A stretch of DNA of 64,000 nt from Chrysomallon squamiferum. Taxonomy: Eukaryota > Animalia > Mollusca. The stretch spans positions 9,920,001 to 9,984,000 of the forward strand of contig CM022665.1 in assembly GCA_012295275.1 (NCBI GenBank). The letters are read 5' to 3'. Shown in pieces: positions 39,852 to 53,572 of this stretch (position 1 is its first letter; each line of letters begins with the position of its first letter). The translations under genes and the position numbers were made by a program. Under the pieces are notes generated by a model, which was not told the DNA's origin, made no database searches, and was given only the letters and a program-made list of their open reading frames with translations.

Positions 39852-39961
39852 TGTCGTGTTTTTTCAAGTTTCTCTTCAGAGTCCTCCATTTCTCCAATCT
39901 CCAGCCACTGTGCCATGTATTCATCAATCAAAAGGCTCTTTGGAATGGATCTAAGATAATC
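39852..39961 (-). CDS. ARHGAP20: RhoGAP domain exon (DYLRSIPKSLLIDEYMAQW...)
   Basis: K-D(Y/F)LR.IP motif; phase 0 to 2. Confidence 0.94.
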
Positions 39962-40478
39962 CTTTATTGAAAAACAAAATATAATAACACAATGAAACAA
40001 GTTCATATTTATGTTAAAGTACATTAATATTTACCTTTTCACAATACAATATATGAAAAGAAAGTAAGTTTATTTTTTATTTAATTCTGTCATAACTGGA
40101 ACATACATGATAAAAGCAAAACAAATTTTAATGACATTCAGTTCTGCAGAGTCCAGTGTTCCAGATAATAGCAAGAACAGCCTTTAACTGTTTACCTCCA
40201 TAGTTTGTGGAAGATAGGTTGGATTCCTTAGCTGCATTAACTGATATCTGATCGATTATCAAAATATTTTTTTTTATTTTTTTATTTTTTTTAAAATATT
40301 TACTGCACTGCAACACTATCATTATATAATGTTTTTTCTATTTATTTGAAGTAATATGATTTTTTAAATAATAAAAGTAACTAACATGCAGTTTCTTTAT
40401 CCTTTTTTTAATAGCTTTTGGGAAATTCTGTGGAAAATAAAGAACAAATCAGTAAGATAATTCAGATTAAATTCTCAC

Positions 40479-40640
40479 CTTGAAGATGGCTCCAATTGTC
40501 AGGGCAGAATAATTTTCAAGGTCGACTAACTCGCCATTGTCCAGCTTTTCACGAAGAACTTTTACTTCACAAAAATTAGCTGATTTGCGGAGAAACCCTT
40601 CCATCCTGGCTCCTTTTATGTAACAGACTTTCAACATATC
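40479..40640 (-). CDS. ARHGAP20: RhoGAP domain exon containing the arginine finger (EGFLRKSAN)
   Basis: DMLKVCYIKGARMEGFLRKSANFCEVKVLREKLDNGELVDLENYSALTIGAIFK; phase 0/0. Confidence 0.95.
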
Positions 40641-41714
40641 CTGAAACAGAGTTGTAAAATAGTAACAATAATACAGCTAATGTAAAAATTACTGCACTAA
40701 TAATGGTAACATGTATGTAATACAGAGATAAAAACAGCTGCATAAATACTATAAAAATAACAGTACACATATCACGTATAAATAATAATAACCACAAAAG
40801 AAGAGATATACAATAAATAAATCAAAATACTCAGAATGTACAAATCACAAATGAAATACTCAGGTAATTTACGAATTAACAAACTAAAAGAAAATAATAA
40901 TAATATAAAAGAATGTGTCAGTCTCACAAAATGAATCACATGTTGGAAAAAGTTCAAAAATGAGTTATTGATACCACTTGAAAGAGTAGCATTTCTGCTT
41001 TCTTATGACATGTCATGATAGAAGATCTATCAATTCTAACTGGAGATATGGCATGGCAAACATTGGGATTTAGAAATCTTAAAAGTATTCAGTTTATTTT
41101 TGGATATTTACTTTAATTACTTTGGACAGTTCTTGGTGAAATTTGGCCAACTGAAAGGTATCAATATTGACATGATATTCAGCTATTAAAAATACCATAT
41201 CTTTATTGAAAAGAAAAGATCATTTAAATATTTTGTAGTTACTACCATTGTTAAGAAAAACTATGAATCTACACTTCCATTACACTTTGGTTTGTATGAA
41301 CAAGCTGGCTTAAATTAGTCCAATCAAGGCTTTTTCTTGATACTGTATTAAAAAATAAAAACAATGCTTGTTAGATTAATTAACAATATAATTAAATATT
41401 CCTATGTAATTACCACCAATATTACTAAAAGCAAAAGTATGTTACTCTATTGTTGCTAATTAAAATGGGCAGATGAGTGTTTTTATGTAATTATGCATGG
41501 TAAGACAGGCTTAGATCTGCACAGCATCATACCTTAATTCAGATGGACTAAATTTGGAGCTTTTAAAAACAGAAACATTCTCATTTTGACACATCCAAAA
41601 AACTACATTTACTCAAAATGTGATCTGCCAACTTTTGACTCATTCTGTGAAACTTTGACACAAATACTCAGGAAATGTTAAAAAAATATATATAAATAAA
41701 AAAATTAATAAATA

Positions 41715-41745
<31 letters not shown>

Positions 41746-41841
41746 TAATTAAATTAAATTAAATTTAAAAAAAAACATACTTGTATAATATACACACAAA
41801 CACACACACACACATATATACATACACATGTATATACACAC

Positions 41842-41874
<33 letters not shown>

Positions 41875-44531
41875 CCATAAAAACAAATAATCGGGTAATA
41901 TAAAAAATTGTGATTTCCACTGCTTATTTTGAGAGATTACTAGCTCTGAAAAGAGTTGAAGAAATTAAATTGTCATGTTTTTCTCTGTTGTCTGTATAAC
42001 AAAAGGAAACTATCTTAACTGATTTATGAGTAAAAGGTTAATTTTTATAAGGCTCTTAATATTATCTACAATTTTACCCTTAGCATTGCAGTTATATTAA
42101 TACAAGATGCCACAAAGACAAGAATCTAGAAGAGGAAGGTGGTGAGGAAGGATGTGGTCTTTGTTCTGTACTAGGAACATTCATAAAATATACTTTTATA
42201 AAAGGATATCACACGCAACAATATTGTTTTATTTATGTATATATTTATGTTATTATTTTGTTCTTATGTGTACTTTATAAATGCATGCATATGTATGTGT
42301 GTGTATGTGTTTTGTTGTTGGAGGAAGGAGTGGCTAGGGACAATAATTAATCAGATTTAAAATAACTTCTTTTCTTGTAAAAACAGAATTAGTAATGATA
42401 ATTAGAATCAGTTTCCCATGGTAAACAAAAGCCAGTATCTAACTTTCACTTTTTCATTTATAATTTTCAAAAAAAAACCTAAATAGTAATATATAAATAA
42501 ATTTAAAATTACACATACACTTATTTTTTCTTTCTGTATATTTAAAATTTAGAAGACTAAAAAATAAAGATTTACCATGTCCAGTCAATAGTGTGAATAA
42601 GAACAAAAAATGATAATAATAATACAAAATGATAAAGAATATCCAGATACAAAATGATGTTATGAGAACCTCCATCCTATCACACATTATTTTATTGTCA
42701 TTGTTTATTATCAACAAAGTCTGGTAATCATTAACAAGTGAAATAACAAAATGTGCATAGACAAGTTGTACATATCACCAAAGGAGTAGTTTAAATTATT
42801 TTGGAATATATTAATTCAATCAATCCTTCTTTGTCAAGTAAAAATTATTTCTGACAGAAGTTCAAAATATGTCATGTTGCCCAAATATGCATATAAATCT
42901 CTATTTATCATGTCTCACTGTTAGATGAGCCTGTCAGATAATGTCAAAGACAACAAATTTTTTGTCAAAATAAACATCAAACAGGAAATAAAACTGAAGA
43001 TTAGTGATGCTTAGGACAATAAGACTTAGCTTCTTTAATTGGTAAAATACATTTTGAAATTCAGCATGGAAACATTAAGTAAAAAGAAACAACAAGGAAG
43101 ACAAAGAGAGTCTAGTGTATGGGACATGATAAAATGTGTTGTTTCTTCAGACTGAAATAATTCAAGTGGTCCACATGAAAATAGCCACAGGTAATAAAAC
43201 CAAAACCAGGAACAATAGCATAACTGTCTTAGTTTTACTACTGCAGTCAGTATGGAAAATATGAATTTGAGTGTGTGCACATGTGTGTATGTGTGTACAT
43301 GTGTGCATATATGTGTGTTAGTGGGTCTGTATGCATATGTGCATCAGTGTGTGTTCTGATTGATGATTTTCAAGTATATATGTTTGCTTTATTTATAAAC
43401 TGATCATTAACTTAAAAGTTATATCCTATATACAAGAAGATACTTGCAGTATTATGACACATCATTATAGTAATTAGATTAGAAATATATTAGTAAAGAG
43501 AAAAAAAAAACATTGACTGAAGTTGCAGTATTTGCATTATAAAGACCAGTTACATCATGAAACATAAAAAGCCAGACAGTTACTAAATTTATTATCACAA
43601 ACAAGACAATGTTTAAATTTAACCATAAGAATGCCAACACAATTTTCACTTTGAGTGTTAGATGATTTAAAAGATTTTCAATTCAATGTTAAATACAAAA
43701 ATATCCAAACAGATGTTGATTTAAATTCTAAGGTATCACATGAAAAAAATACTCCACACCAAAAAATTGTTTACCAAAAATCTGTGTTAATTCCTGCACT
43801 AAACCACAGTCTTAACAGTATTAGCACCTTAGGATAAAAAAATATCTTGTTTAAAAATAGCCTTTATATGGTGTTAACAAACTGCTTGCTTTTATTTTCT
43901 AAATAAAACACTGAAACAATTAAACTAACATTAGAACTGTAATGTTTAAATTATTCAAAATTCTAAAAGATCAATTTATTGAACTTATATAAAAAATATG
44001 AACTAACAAGAACTAGAAATAATTATAGGACCAAGTAAAAAAGCTTAGTTTGAGATAAGGACTGTTTATTTTATTTTTAGTTAAGAACTAACATTTGATT
44101 GTATCTGTCATAAATTTTGTATTTTACATTACATATGTGTAACATGCATTCATTGGTACCTAATACATATTATATGTGCAATGTATATGTCCATTCTTGT
44201 CTACATGAGAAGGTATCTATAATATGCCTTTGCATGGTATTTCATATCATTAGCTGAATAAAAGAATGTAAATTTATTTCACTGTAGTTCAGTTTTTTGT
44301 ATAATAAATATGTGAGATGTAACCAATGTGACCATTTGAAGACCTGCTTCTAGTAATTAGCAACAAGGCACTATTTCACTGGTTCCCACCAAATACAGAG
44401 ACACACTGTTTGCAGTTCTAACACATTAAAAAGTGCATTTCAGAGGATGTAACCTTTAGTTAATTATGCCTGAGATAAGCACGCTTACTATATCATACTT
44501 AAAGAGTATAAAATAAAATGTTTAAACTTAC

Positions 44532-44731
44532 AATAACTGCTTTTGCTGGATTGTACCCCTCAGTGCACACAGCTTCTAATGGATGACCAAAAAGCTTTCC
44601 CACTGGAACTGAGCCACCACTTTCTACTGGACTCACAACAGCCAAGGATTTATCTTCACGACTTCGTCTGTGAAAAATCTGCAAAATGGCTGGCCTTCTG
44701 TGTCTTTTTGTACCACGTTGATTAATATAAT
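44532..44731 (-). CDS. ARHGAP20: ARHGAP20-like exon ending in the RhoGAP lead-in GKLFGHPLEAVC
   Basis: LFG.PL..VC RhoGAP N-terminal motif; phase 1 to 0; donor gtaagt. Confidence 0.92.
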
Positions 44732-45559
44732 CTGAATAAAAAAACAACAGAAAATACATTAATTCCAATGTGTAATACTAAACTAACATCTTTGTGAATA
44801 CAAACAATAATTATATTCTTAAAAAAACAGAAAGATATAATAATAACAACAACAATAACAACTTTAAAATAAATAACAGTAATAAAATTTAATATGAATT
44901 TCTATGAATTTTAATTTTTGTTTTTTTGAAAACTTCTGGGACCAGTTATCTATGATATCAACCAAAAGGCCAAGACTGTTAGTGCTGCTGAATCTGCTAA
45001 TAGTAATTCAACTGACCAATCTACCATCTTATATATGTTAAATCTTTCAAGCAAATGTATCACGGGCATATAATACTGGAGGCTGGATTTTTTACCAAAG
45101 AGTTTTAATGCTTTTACAAATGAGAGTACCATTTCAGCAAAATTAACTGTAAATATTTTTGACCTAGAGATCAAATTATGAGCTATGTTGAAGCTTAAGC
45201 AAAACCTGCAAAGCCAGAAAGTGATGGTGTTGTCCTTTTATGCATTTCCAATAAACTCTGAGTAGAAATTGGTATAAGACTGACTACTCTGTTAGTGAGA
45301 TAGGTCAGGAACACTTAGTGGTTCAAATAAAGAGAGAGAAATGCATATCATGTGAAAAATTAAAATGTGAAATCTTTCTTATTTACTATTATTTTATAAT
45401 AACATACACACAAAATAGTGACACAAATCAATATAATTATGTACTGCTTAATAAGTTTTTGTTATTTAACTGTTATTACTTTTATTACAGATTTTTATAG
45501 AAAAACATTAAACTAGTTATAAAGACTTGCTTGTTATTTTTCCATACAGATAACACTAA

Positions 45560-45700
45560 AATTAACCCATTGCATGCACACTAAGGGCTACTTTTTTCAG
45601 TTAGCAACAATGGCTTTTTTATATTTGCCTTTCCAAAGTCAGGAAACTGGATAAGGAATATTGACTGGGACAGGATTGGTCTAATGGGCATCTTGACAAT
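45560..45700 (-). mobile_element. Relic of the same SINE family
   Basis: GGGCTACTTTTTTCAGTTAGCAACAATGGCTTTTTTATATTTGCCTTTCCA core. Confidence 0.5.
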
Positions 45701-46884
45701 AACTAAACCAGCAACCTATAAGACTTAACATTGTCATCTAACAACTAAACTAGTCCATACACCTAAACAATAAAAATGGAATAATGAATATTTTTGCAAA
45801 TATATTAGCTTATTGAAATTATTAATACACACTCATTCACAGATGTTTAAAAATTATTGAATCTAAGGATTAAACTTGTGGAACTATTTTAAAAGAATGA
45901 TATTTTGTGTGCAGCAGGCTGAAATCTCACCAGACAAAAACCCCAGTGATATACAGCAAAACAACAACAACCAACATGAAACAATAAATAAAAATAATAA
46001 ACAAATGCTATGAAACCACAAAATAACAGTAAATAACATGAAATAACAATAACCAGATCAAACAAACACAGAACAAACAGCAAGAAAAATTTGAGAAAAA
46101 AAGCAAGTAACAGTTCAGAACAGCCTCTGATTTGGTCAAACTGTATACAGACAACCTAAGTGAAAGGTTATTTACTTCAAGGCTGACATGGCAGTCTATT
46201 GTTTTTACCCTGCCTGGGACACATGACTCTATACAGACCATCGTCATGACCACGTATCTCAAATGCCGACTTTTATTTATGTGTTTGTCTACTGTCTGAT
46301 GGAGGCAGTAAGCAAAAAGTCCAGCTATGCTCTGACGTGTATGTTCCTCAAGACAATTAGCAAAAAATGTCCCCATTGTTGTTGAACAAATTTGCCTGAG
46401 GCACAGGGTCAATGCCATGCCAGATGGAAGGAAGCAAGTGACTGAACAGTTAGGCATGTAGGAAATTCCAGTTACTTTCCCTCTGTGCCAAGAGCCAGAT
46501 CTAGACAAACACTCAGAAGGACAGGAAGAACCATTATGAAACACAAATGTGTTGGGTTCTTCAGTATTAATGTGTTATATTAAATTTAAAATGTAATAAT
46601 TATTTTTTTGAAAAATCTAATATTTGAGATTAGTGATGCTCTATCTCTTCATGGAAAACAATAAATAAAAAATACTGACAGTGATAGAGAGACAGAAAGA
46701 GAGAGATAAGGGGATTTTAAAGCTTGCAATAAAATCTAACCAATTATATAATTATGCATATCTGTTCTGTTATTTTTCTTTTTATATATTTGTTGTGGTT
46801 TTGAAGGATTTGTATTTCATTTTATTTTATTTTTTTTGTTTGAGATTGAAGTGATTTAAAAATCTATGATAGTACACAAATTAC

Positions 46885-47028
46885 CTTGTCCACGTTTGCT
46901 AGTTGACTTCTTTCGCTTGAGAAAAAATTCACACTTCGAATTAGACTCCATTTCCGTATATGGCTCACTTTCAATATCTCCAGATGAACGCAAATGACTC
47001 TGCTTGATTGCATAAGGATTTTCATGTC
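46885..47028 (-). CDS. ARHGAP20: ARHGAP20-like exon (GHENPYAIKQSHLR...CEFFLKRKK...)
   Basis: Continues GHE.PY.IK.SHLR and C.F.LK of ARHGAP20; GT-AG, phase 1 to 1. Confidence 0.92.
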
Positions 47029-47625
47029 CTGAAATTTAACAAAGACTGGTTATTATTATAAAGAAAAATAACAGTGATTTAATTGGATATTTAATTTTTG
47101 TGATGGTTGTAATCATGAATTATATTCTGATCTTAATGTTTATTTGTTTGTTGTTGTTTGTTTTATAAAAGTTTGAGTTAATCTGCTTTGGATTTTGATC
47201 CTAAAACTATTTTAATTTCACATTTGAACATTATATGAATATTATGAATCAGCCAAAAGGTAGTATAAAGTATTTGAATGAGATGGATATTGATTAACAA
47301 TTTGAAACACACACACATATCAGTTGGAAATGTTTAGTCTCTATTTATTTATGAAACAAATTTTGTCTTTATTATATCAACAATAAATAAATCCAAATAA
47401 ATATAAACTTAGATTAAATCCCAAAACAAAAATCAGCAGTGATATTATAAACTGTTATAAATTTGAAAAAAAGAGAGTTGAAAATAAAATTGAAATAAAA
47501 AAGCAGCTCAGAACTAAAAAAACATTAACAAAAACTGGCCTAAATGTGTTTTAAAAACTAAAATAACATTTTTGGCCATGATTTTTTTTTTTTTTAATGG
47601 ACATATACACAGAACTAAACACATA

Positions 47626-48618
47626 CCGTATATACTTGTGTATAAGTCGAATTTTTGGGAGACTATATTAAGGTAATATTTTGGGGGTCGACTTATACAT
47701 AGGTAATGCTTTTGTAGCTGTTGCTGAAGAGTCGCCATTTTGACTATGTTTTTTGCTACAGGATGCATCTAAAATAATCGCGGTCTTTCAGCTTTTCAAA
47801 ATTATAATTTTATCGTATAAAAAATTTTGAAAAATTAAATAACAAAACCAAATATGAATGTAAAACATGATATTCTTCCGTTTAATGACATAAAAATACA
47901 TTTTAAAGCGAGAAAACCGTCAGTACGGCGTTATGCCTTATGGCGTCTTGCAGTGATCTAGGAATGCAGACTTCTCTGCCAAATTGCACTAAATATCGGT
48001 CCTAATTTCATAAACAAAACTCACTTGTGTAATTGTAAAGAATTTGGTGAAATAATATTGCAGTCGTCATTAATATCCACTACCAACAAATCGAAAACAA
48101 ACTAAATTTCTATAAACGTTCTGCAACAAAAATCAGTTCAACTTCTCGCCATATTTGTTATTCTAGTCGGTTGCCAAGTGCGCGAAGCCTTGGCCAATTA
48201 GCGCGCTAGGAATAGTAAAGAATTTGGTGAAATAATATTGCAATCGTCATTAATATCCACTACCTACAAATTTTGTAAATCATAGAACGGCTAAATATAA
48301 CGGTAAGTATAATGGAGACATCTTAGACCTATTACATTAAAGAGATACTATTTATGATACATTTAGTCTATAACTTGTGTAATACATGAATTTACGTTAT
48401 TATGGTATGTTCGTACAAGTTACAGCTCGTGCAAGTTATGTTACAGTAGGCGTACAATGTAGGCCTTCATGGCACTGTCACACTGGTCTAAAAATAGTGA
48501 CGGTGCCTGGAATCTACAGTCGACTTATACACAAGTAATACCTAAAATGACGCAATTTTTGGTCTTAAAATACACATCAACTTATACATAAGGTCGCCTT
48601 GTACACAAGTATATATGG
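47626..48618. mobile_element. Non-autonomous Tc1/mariner-superfamily (Tc2/pogo-type) DNA transposon, 993 bp
   Basis: TA|CCGTATATACTTGTGTATAAGTCGA ... TCGCCTTGTACACAAGTATATATGG|TA. Repeated GTCGACTTATAC subterminal motifs. Internal ~50-bp direct repeat at 48035 and 48215. Confidence 0.88.
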
Positions 48619-48696
48619 TATTTCTTTTTACTAATTCTAATCTTCCAAATTCAGATCCAGCTGTAAACAAATTATAATAGCAGCTAAATAATAATA

Positions 48697-48746
<50 letters not shown>

Positions 48747-49481
48747 CATTATTATTATTATAATAAATAGTGACAAGATATAACAACGAGATAAATTTCT
48801 ATATTTTCAGTTTTGGGTTGAATGGCAAGTGCAGCTCAGCAGAGTCTCACTGCCTACACCATTCTAACCTTTGCAGGATAAAGTTGTTATCTTAAGACAG
48901 TAACCAGTTATTCCTTCTAATATTATATACATATATATATATATATATTATATTTGAAGTATAAAAATAAGATTGCCCACTAAAAATACACTAGAAACGT
49001 ATAGGATTTTGTTTGTGAGAAATAAAATTTACACTTAAGGCTGAGTAAGGAAACAAAACAATTTATCTACAAAACTGAAGCAAGCTCACTACCACAATTC
49101 TATTTCACTGGAATTTTGTTTGTTTTGGATTATTTTGGGTTGTTTTTTGTTTTGTGGCCTTTTTTTTTTCTTGTATTTGTTTTTTAATTATTACATTTTT
49201 GAATTCCTCACAAAAAGAAAAAACATTCAGATATTCAATATTTTAGCAACATTATCAGTAGCTGTCTCAGAAATCATCATATACTTACATCATAAAAACT
49301 TGGAAAAATTCAATTAATGGAAAATTTAGAAAACACATGACACAAAAAACAGACATTTGAAGTAGTCCCAAATCTTTACATATTATAAAGATAAAGACAA
49401 CAGCTTCCTGGTGTTGGTAAGAACATGATAACAACTGTAGATCTAACAATAATCTCCTACCACAGCCTGACACACCATTAC

Positions 49482-49524
49482 CCTGAAATACATGATGTTT
49501 TTCTCTGTTTTTAAGATTCTTCAT
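49482..49524 (-). CDS. Candidate second alternative first coding exon (MKNLKNREKHHVFQG)
   Basis: ATG plus 43 nt, donor CAGG|gtaatg, phase 1 with G, which rebuilds G-HENPY with the exon at 47028. Confidence 0.35.
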
Positions 49525-49884
49525 CTATCCCCCAACCACAATGTTTATTAAGCGTGCCAGACACTTGTCCTAATGTTTGCTACAACCTTCAACTTCTTGC
49601 TTGGCTTGCCACATGCATGACATTTCCATGGCAATGTAGGGTTTAGCTAATTTCAGTTTTCTCATCATACCAAGTCAACAATTAAGACAACTAGGCTGTT
49701 GTTATAAAAACTCAGTGTTTAAAGTGGGTTTTGTTTTTGTTTGTTTGTTTGTTTGTTATAGAACAGTTTCATAAAGCCATGTTAAATCTTTGTAAGCAAG
49801 TAATTTTTATTTTGTAGTTAAAGAATATAGAATAATTATTAAATTATTAGGTTTCAGACATATATATTTTTTTAAATGATGATG

Positions 49885-50015
49885 TTTGAGAGATGAAATC
49901 TGCAGCTGTTATCCTATCAAACAGTCACAAGGGATCTTTTACATAATCACATTTTCCCCATAAACAAGGAAGCAAATATATTTGCCTTTCATGCAAAGGA
50001 CATTGGCTAGAATAA
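49885..50015 (-). mobile_element. Relic of the same SINE family
   Basis: CAAGGGATCTTTTACATAATCACATTTTCCCCATAAACAAGG core. Confidence 0.45.
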
Positions 50016-52471
50016 CTGATAATTAGGCTGAAGATGATCTAAAAAACAATGCATATTATCTTCTTTTGTTTTTCACTGAATAACATCTCACATAAAATGA
50101 AAACCGATAATTTTCAGACATTATACTTAATTTTGGGGAATGGACTTCAATATCTTTAGAATCACTAAATTAAATGGATGAATTATAAGTCAGAATATAA
50201 AGCACTAAAATTTAAATCATTTAAAATTATGTGTAATTTTTAAATTTCTGTAGATAGAAGTATCTTAGTAATAGATGTTTAATCTGTATAATTTAAAATA
50301 AAATATGGATGATTTTTGAAAGTTTATTTGTATTTATGTTGGTATGAGAAAGGGTCTTTGATACCTGTGGAATCAGAAACTTTGACAAAGTTAATCAGAA
50401 GTCAGTTTTAAAATAATAACTCTTTGAAGTCTGTACTTAATCTTCTGTAGATAATTTAATGTGTGCTAATTTTCTAATAAAAATTATAACATTTTAAAAT
50501 GTTACATTATACATAACTGAATTGATCTAGGGAGTGAATCTAATATTTACTGAATCAGAAAATTAAAACTGTGGTTAAGAACTCAGATCAATAAAATTTA
50601 CAAGATGAAAATAATAATAATAATAACAACAGCAGAATAATGATACTAATGATAAAAATAATAATGTTTAATTTTGGAGTGCCTGGGTACACAGCAACTT
50701 ACCACATACATGTAATCCGATCTGAGAAACATCGTAACTCCCAGTATTGTACCCACAACAAAAACAAAACCAAAGAACTGACATGTAATTTTCTCACAGT
50801 TACTTTTACTAAACTATTAATTCAAATAAATATATATCCCAATGAAATGTAGTAAAACAATGAAACCTAAAAAAAGAACTAAACAAAAATGATGTCCATC
50901 ACATATCTAGTAGCAACAGTGAAAATTATTTCAAATGGAGTTCACAATTAATATGTACACACTTAGATAGATTAGTGGACAATGACACAAAATCTGGTGA
51001 AACAATACACAGCAATAGTGTTATCAGGTTTCAACAATGATTTATCTACCTCTATTTATTTAGTCATAATGGTTGACGAAACTAGTTAGATGCAAATGTT
51101 TAGGGGGATCATAATGCTGACATATCAACTTCATTTGTTTATAAATAATAAGTTTGCTGAAAATTATATATATATATTTTTTTACTAATTTTAGTTTTAA
51201 AAAAAAATACAGCCATACCATTGTGAAAAAATTAGAATTTATTACTGCTAATATAATTTAGTTTTTGTCAAAGGACAGGATTTACATCCTTTCAGTGGAG
51301 GCTGAGACACAGGCTTTAACAATAATATTCTCAAAATTAATCAAAATAAACTTTCAGATGTGTATAAAATGCATTCTAGGACAAGAGATAGACGATCAGT
51401 CTACACTTTTATATTATTTGTTCAATTAGACCTAGTCATTAAATAAATTCATTAATTTATTAAACATTTAAATGCCTTAATATTAATATTTTCATTTGAA
51501 TGTTATGGTTTTGTTTTTATTTACTCAGTGTAAGTTATCATTACAACAGCTGATTCTGTCTTAAGACTGAACTAAATTTAAGGATTATCTCTGTATAATG
51601 TAACACAAGTCTGTAATATAGAGGTGAACTGATATCATTAAGATAACTATACTGAACAACATTAATATCTGACAAGCTATTTTCTTAACTGTTTTAACAG
51701 CCAGTTTTGGTTTTTTTTAAATTTTAAATAAAACATTACTTTCAAGTTTTTCTTAAGAACAGCCTGATTATTGCTGTAAATAGTGGTAATTAAATAATTC
51801 TAAAAAGTAAATTAAAAACAAACAACAAGCAAACAAACAAGTATTAAGATAAAAGTAACCATAGACTTGCTATGTTTCTAATATACAAGTTATAAAAAAA
51901 CATAACCTTATTTTGCAACATTGTCATTAAGCACTGATATCTATATATAATTAACATACAGTCAAGTAGTATCTTATCAGGGGACAACAACTATGCAACA
52001 ACTCAATTTGTCTCTGTTTTGAACAACAATGTCAACAAAGCAATGTGTAAACAATAAATACATAATTACATAAACATTTTTTTTAAAGATAAAAAAAGAA
52101 TAAAGATTAATTTCTTCCCATTAAATGAATATTATTTTGCCCACAAATGATACAAAAATAAAAATTATAAATTTAAAAAACAAAAAGATCACATTGAAAT
52201 GGATGAATGAAAAGAACCTTAAAACTACCAAAACATATTTTTATAATAAATATGTTTATGAGTCAGTCAGTGTTATTTTTTCATGAAATGATGAAAGAGA
52301 AAAGCAATAGTCATTAGTATTCTTATCAGTTAAATAGTATTTTATAAAAAACACTTTTTGCTTTAGCATTATGTGAGTTCTGATCTGACAACTCATCTAT
52401 CTTTATGGAAACTATCAAGTTCTCAGCTAAAAGTTATATTTCACTTTTTCAAACATGAAATATTTTATTAA

Positions 52472-52505
<34 letters not shown>

Positions 52506-53499
52506 TCTGTTTATACAAAATGTTCCAATTAACAATACTGTGAAAATTTAAAATTATATTTTTAAAAGCAATTCAATAAAATAATAAGAAATAAAAAATT
52601 AAAATTAAAGAATATAAGATACTGTGTGATTTCACACAGCAAATTAATAACATTTTTTTCATGCATATTTTAATATTCCATTCTTAATACATTTCTTTAT
52701 CCTTTGCACTGCATATAATTTTGTTCAAATAAAATAAAATAAAGTAATAATAATAATAATAATAAAAGCATTTTATTCTTAATATTATATTTTAAGCAAC
52801 TGATTGTTTTACAAATTTAGTATTTCATCAGCCATAAAAGAGATACCACTTATTCTTTACGTTAAAGAATACCTATATAATCAATATATTATTATATTAA
52901 AATGGTATCAGATCTTTATAAATAATTAGATGAAAATTTAAGAATGATAAATCACATTCATTCTGAACTTGTAGCATTTATACATGATAATAAAAAAGCA
53001 CTTTGAGAAAACACACAATGAAAGCTTTAGACCTCAAATTTTTAATATTGTCTTATATGAAAATAACTGAACATTTTTTTGTTTAATGTAATACCTATAC
53101 ATCACTGAAATTTTAAAACAAAATAATAGTTGAAAATATGTATCCTTGATTTTCATGATAATTATTAATTAATTCTCAAAAATTTCATAAATAAAAAATC
53201 AGTTACAATGAAATTTTCCAAGAAATATGATGTTTTTTAATTTGTTAAAAAAAAAACACAAATTTTTATAGAGTAATATTTTTTCTTTCAAATATTATGT
53301 ACTAAAGTTATTGACATCAGTATTACAGAAATTGCTGTATTTTCTTGTATTTCTTGTAGACAGAACATGAAATAATTTTGTGGTAATGTTTTCAAATAAG
53401 ATCTTATTTTGACTAAATATTTTAGACTCTTTCTCTACTCTGATCCAATTTTAATGTGAATAGTTCTGTGACTATAATTAATATTTAAAACATAATCAC

Positions 53500-53572
53500 C
53501 AATGAGAGGGTAAACGGTCCCTTCCTTTGGTCCTGTCAGCACCCACAATTGATAATCCTTTTGCTCCGATTC
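53500..53572 (-). CDS. ARHGAP20: ARHGAP20-like exon, RA domain (ESEQKDYQLWVLTGPKEGTVYPLIG)
   Basis: DYQLWV...YPLIG(HE.PY) is the ARHGAP20 RA signature; phase 0 to 1. Confidence 0.93.

Noticed and set aside
46008-46544. 178-aa minus-strand ORF
   Set aside because: No recognisable domain or splice fit to the RhoGAP frame. The plus strand has a faint W...PG...YRP resemblance to LINE reverse transcriptase, so it is more likely a decayed transposable element; too weak to call.
50700-50735. Strong minus-strand donor GTG|gtaagt with upstream ATG (MFLRSDYMYV)
   Set aside because: Phase 0 does not fit the next RhoGAP acceptor (phase 1 at 47028); a 19-nt microexon reading would frameshift.
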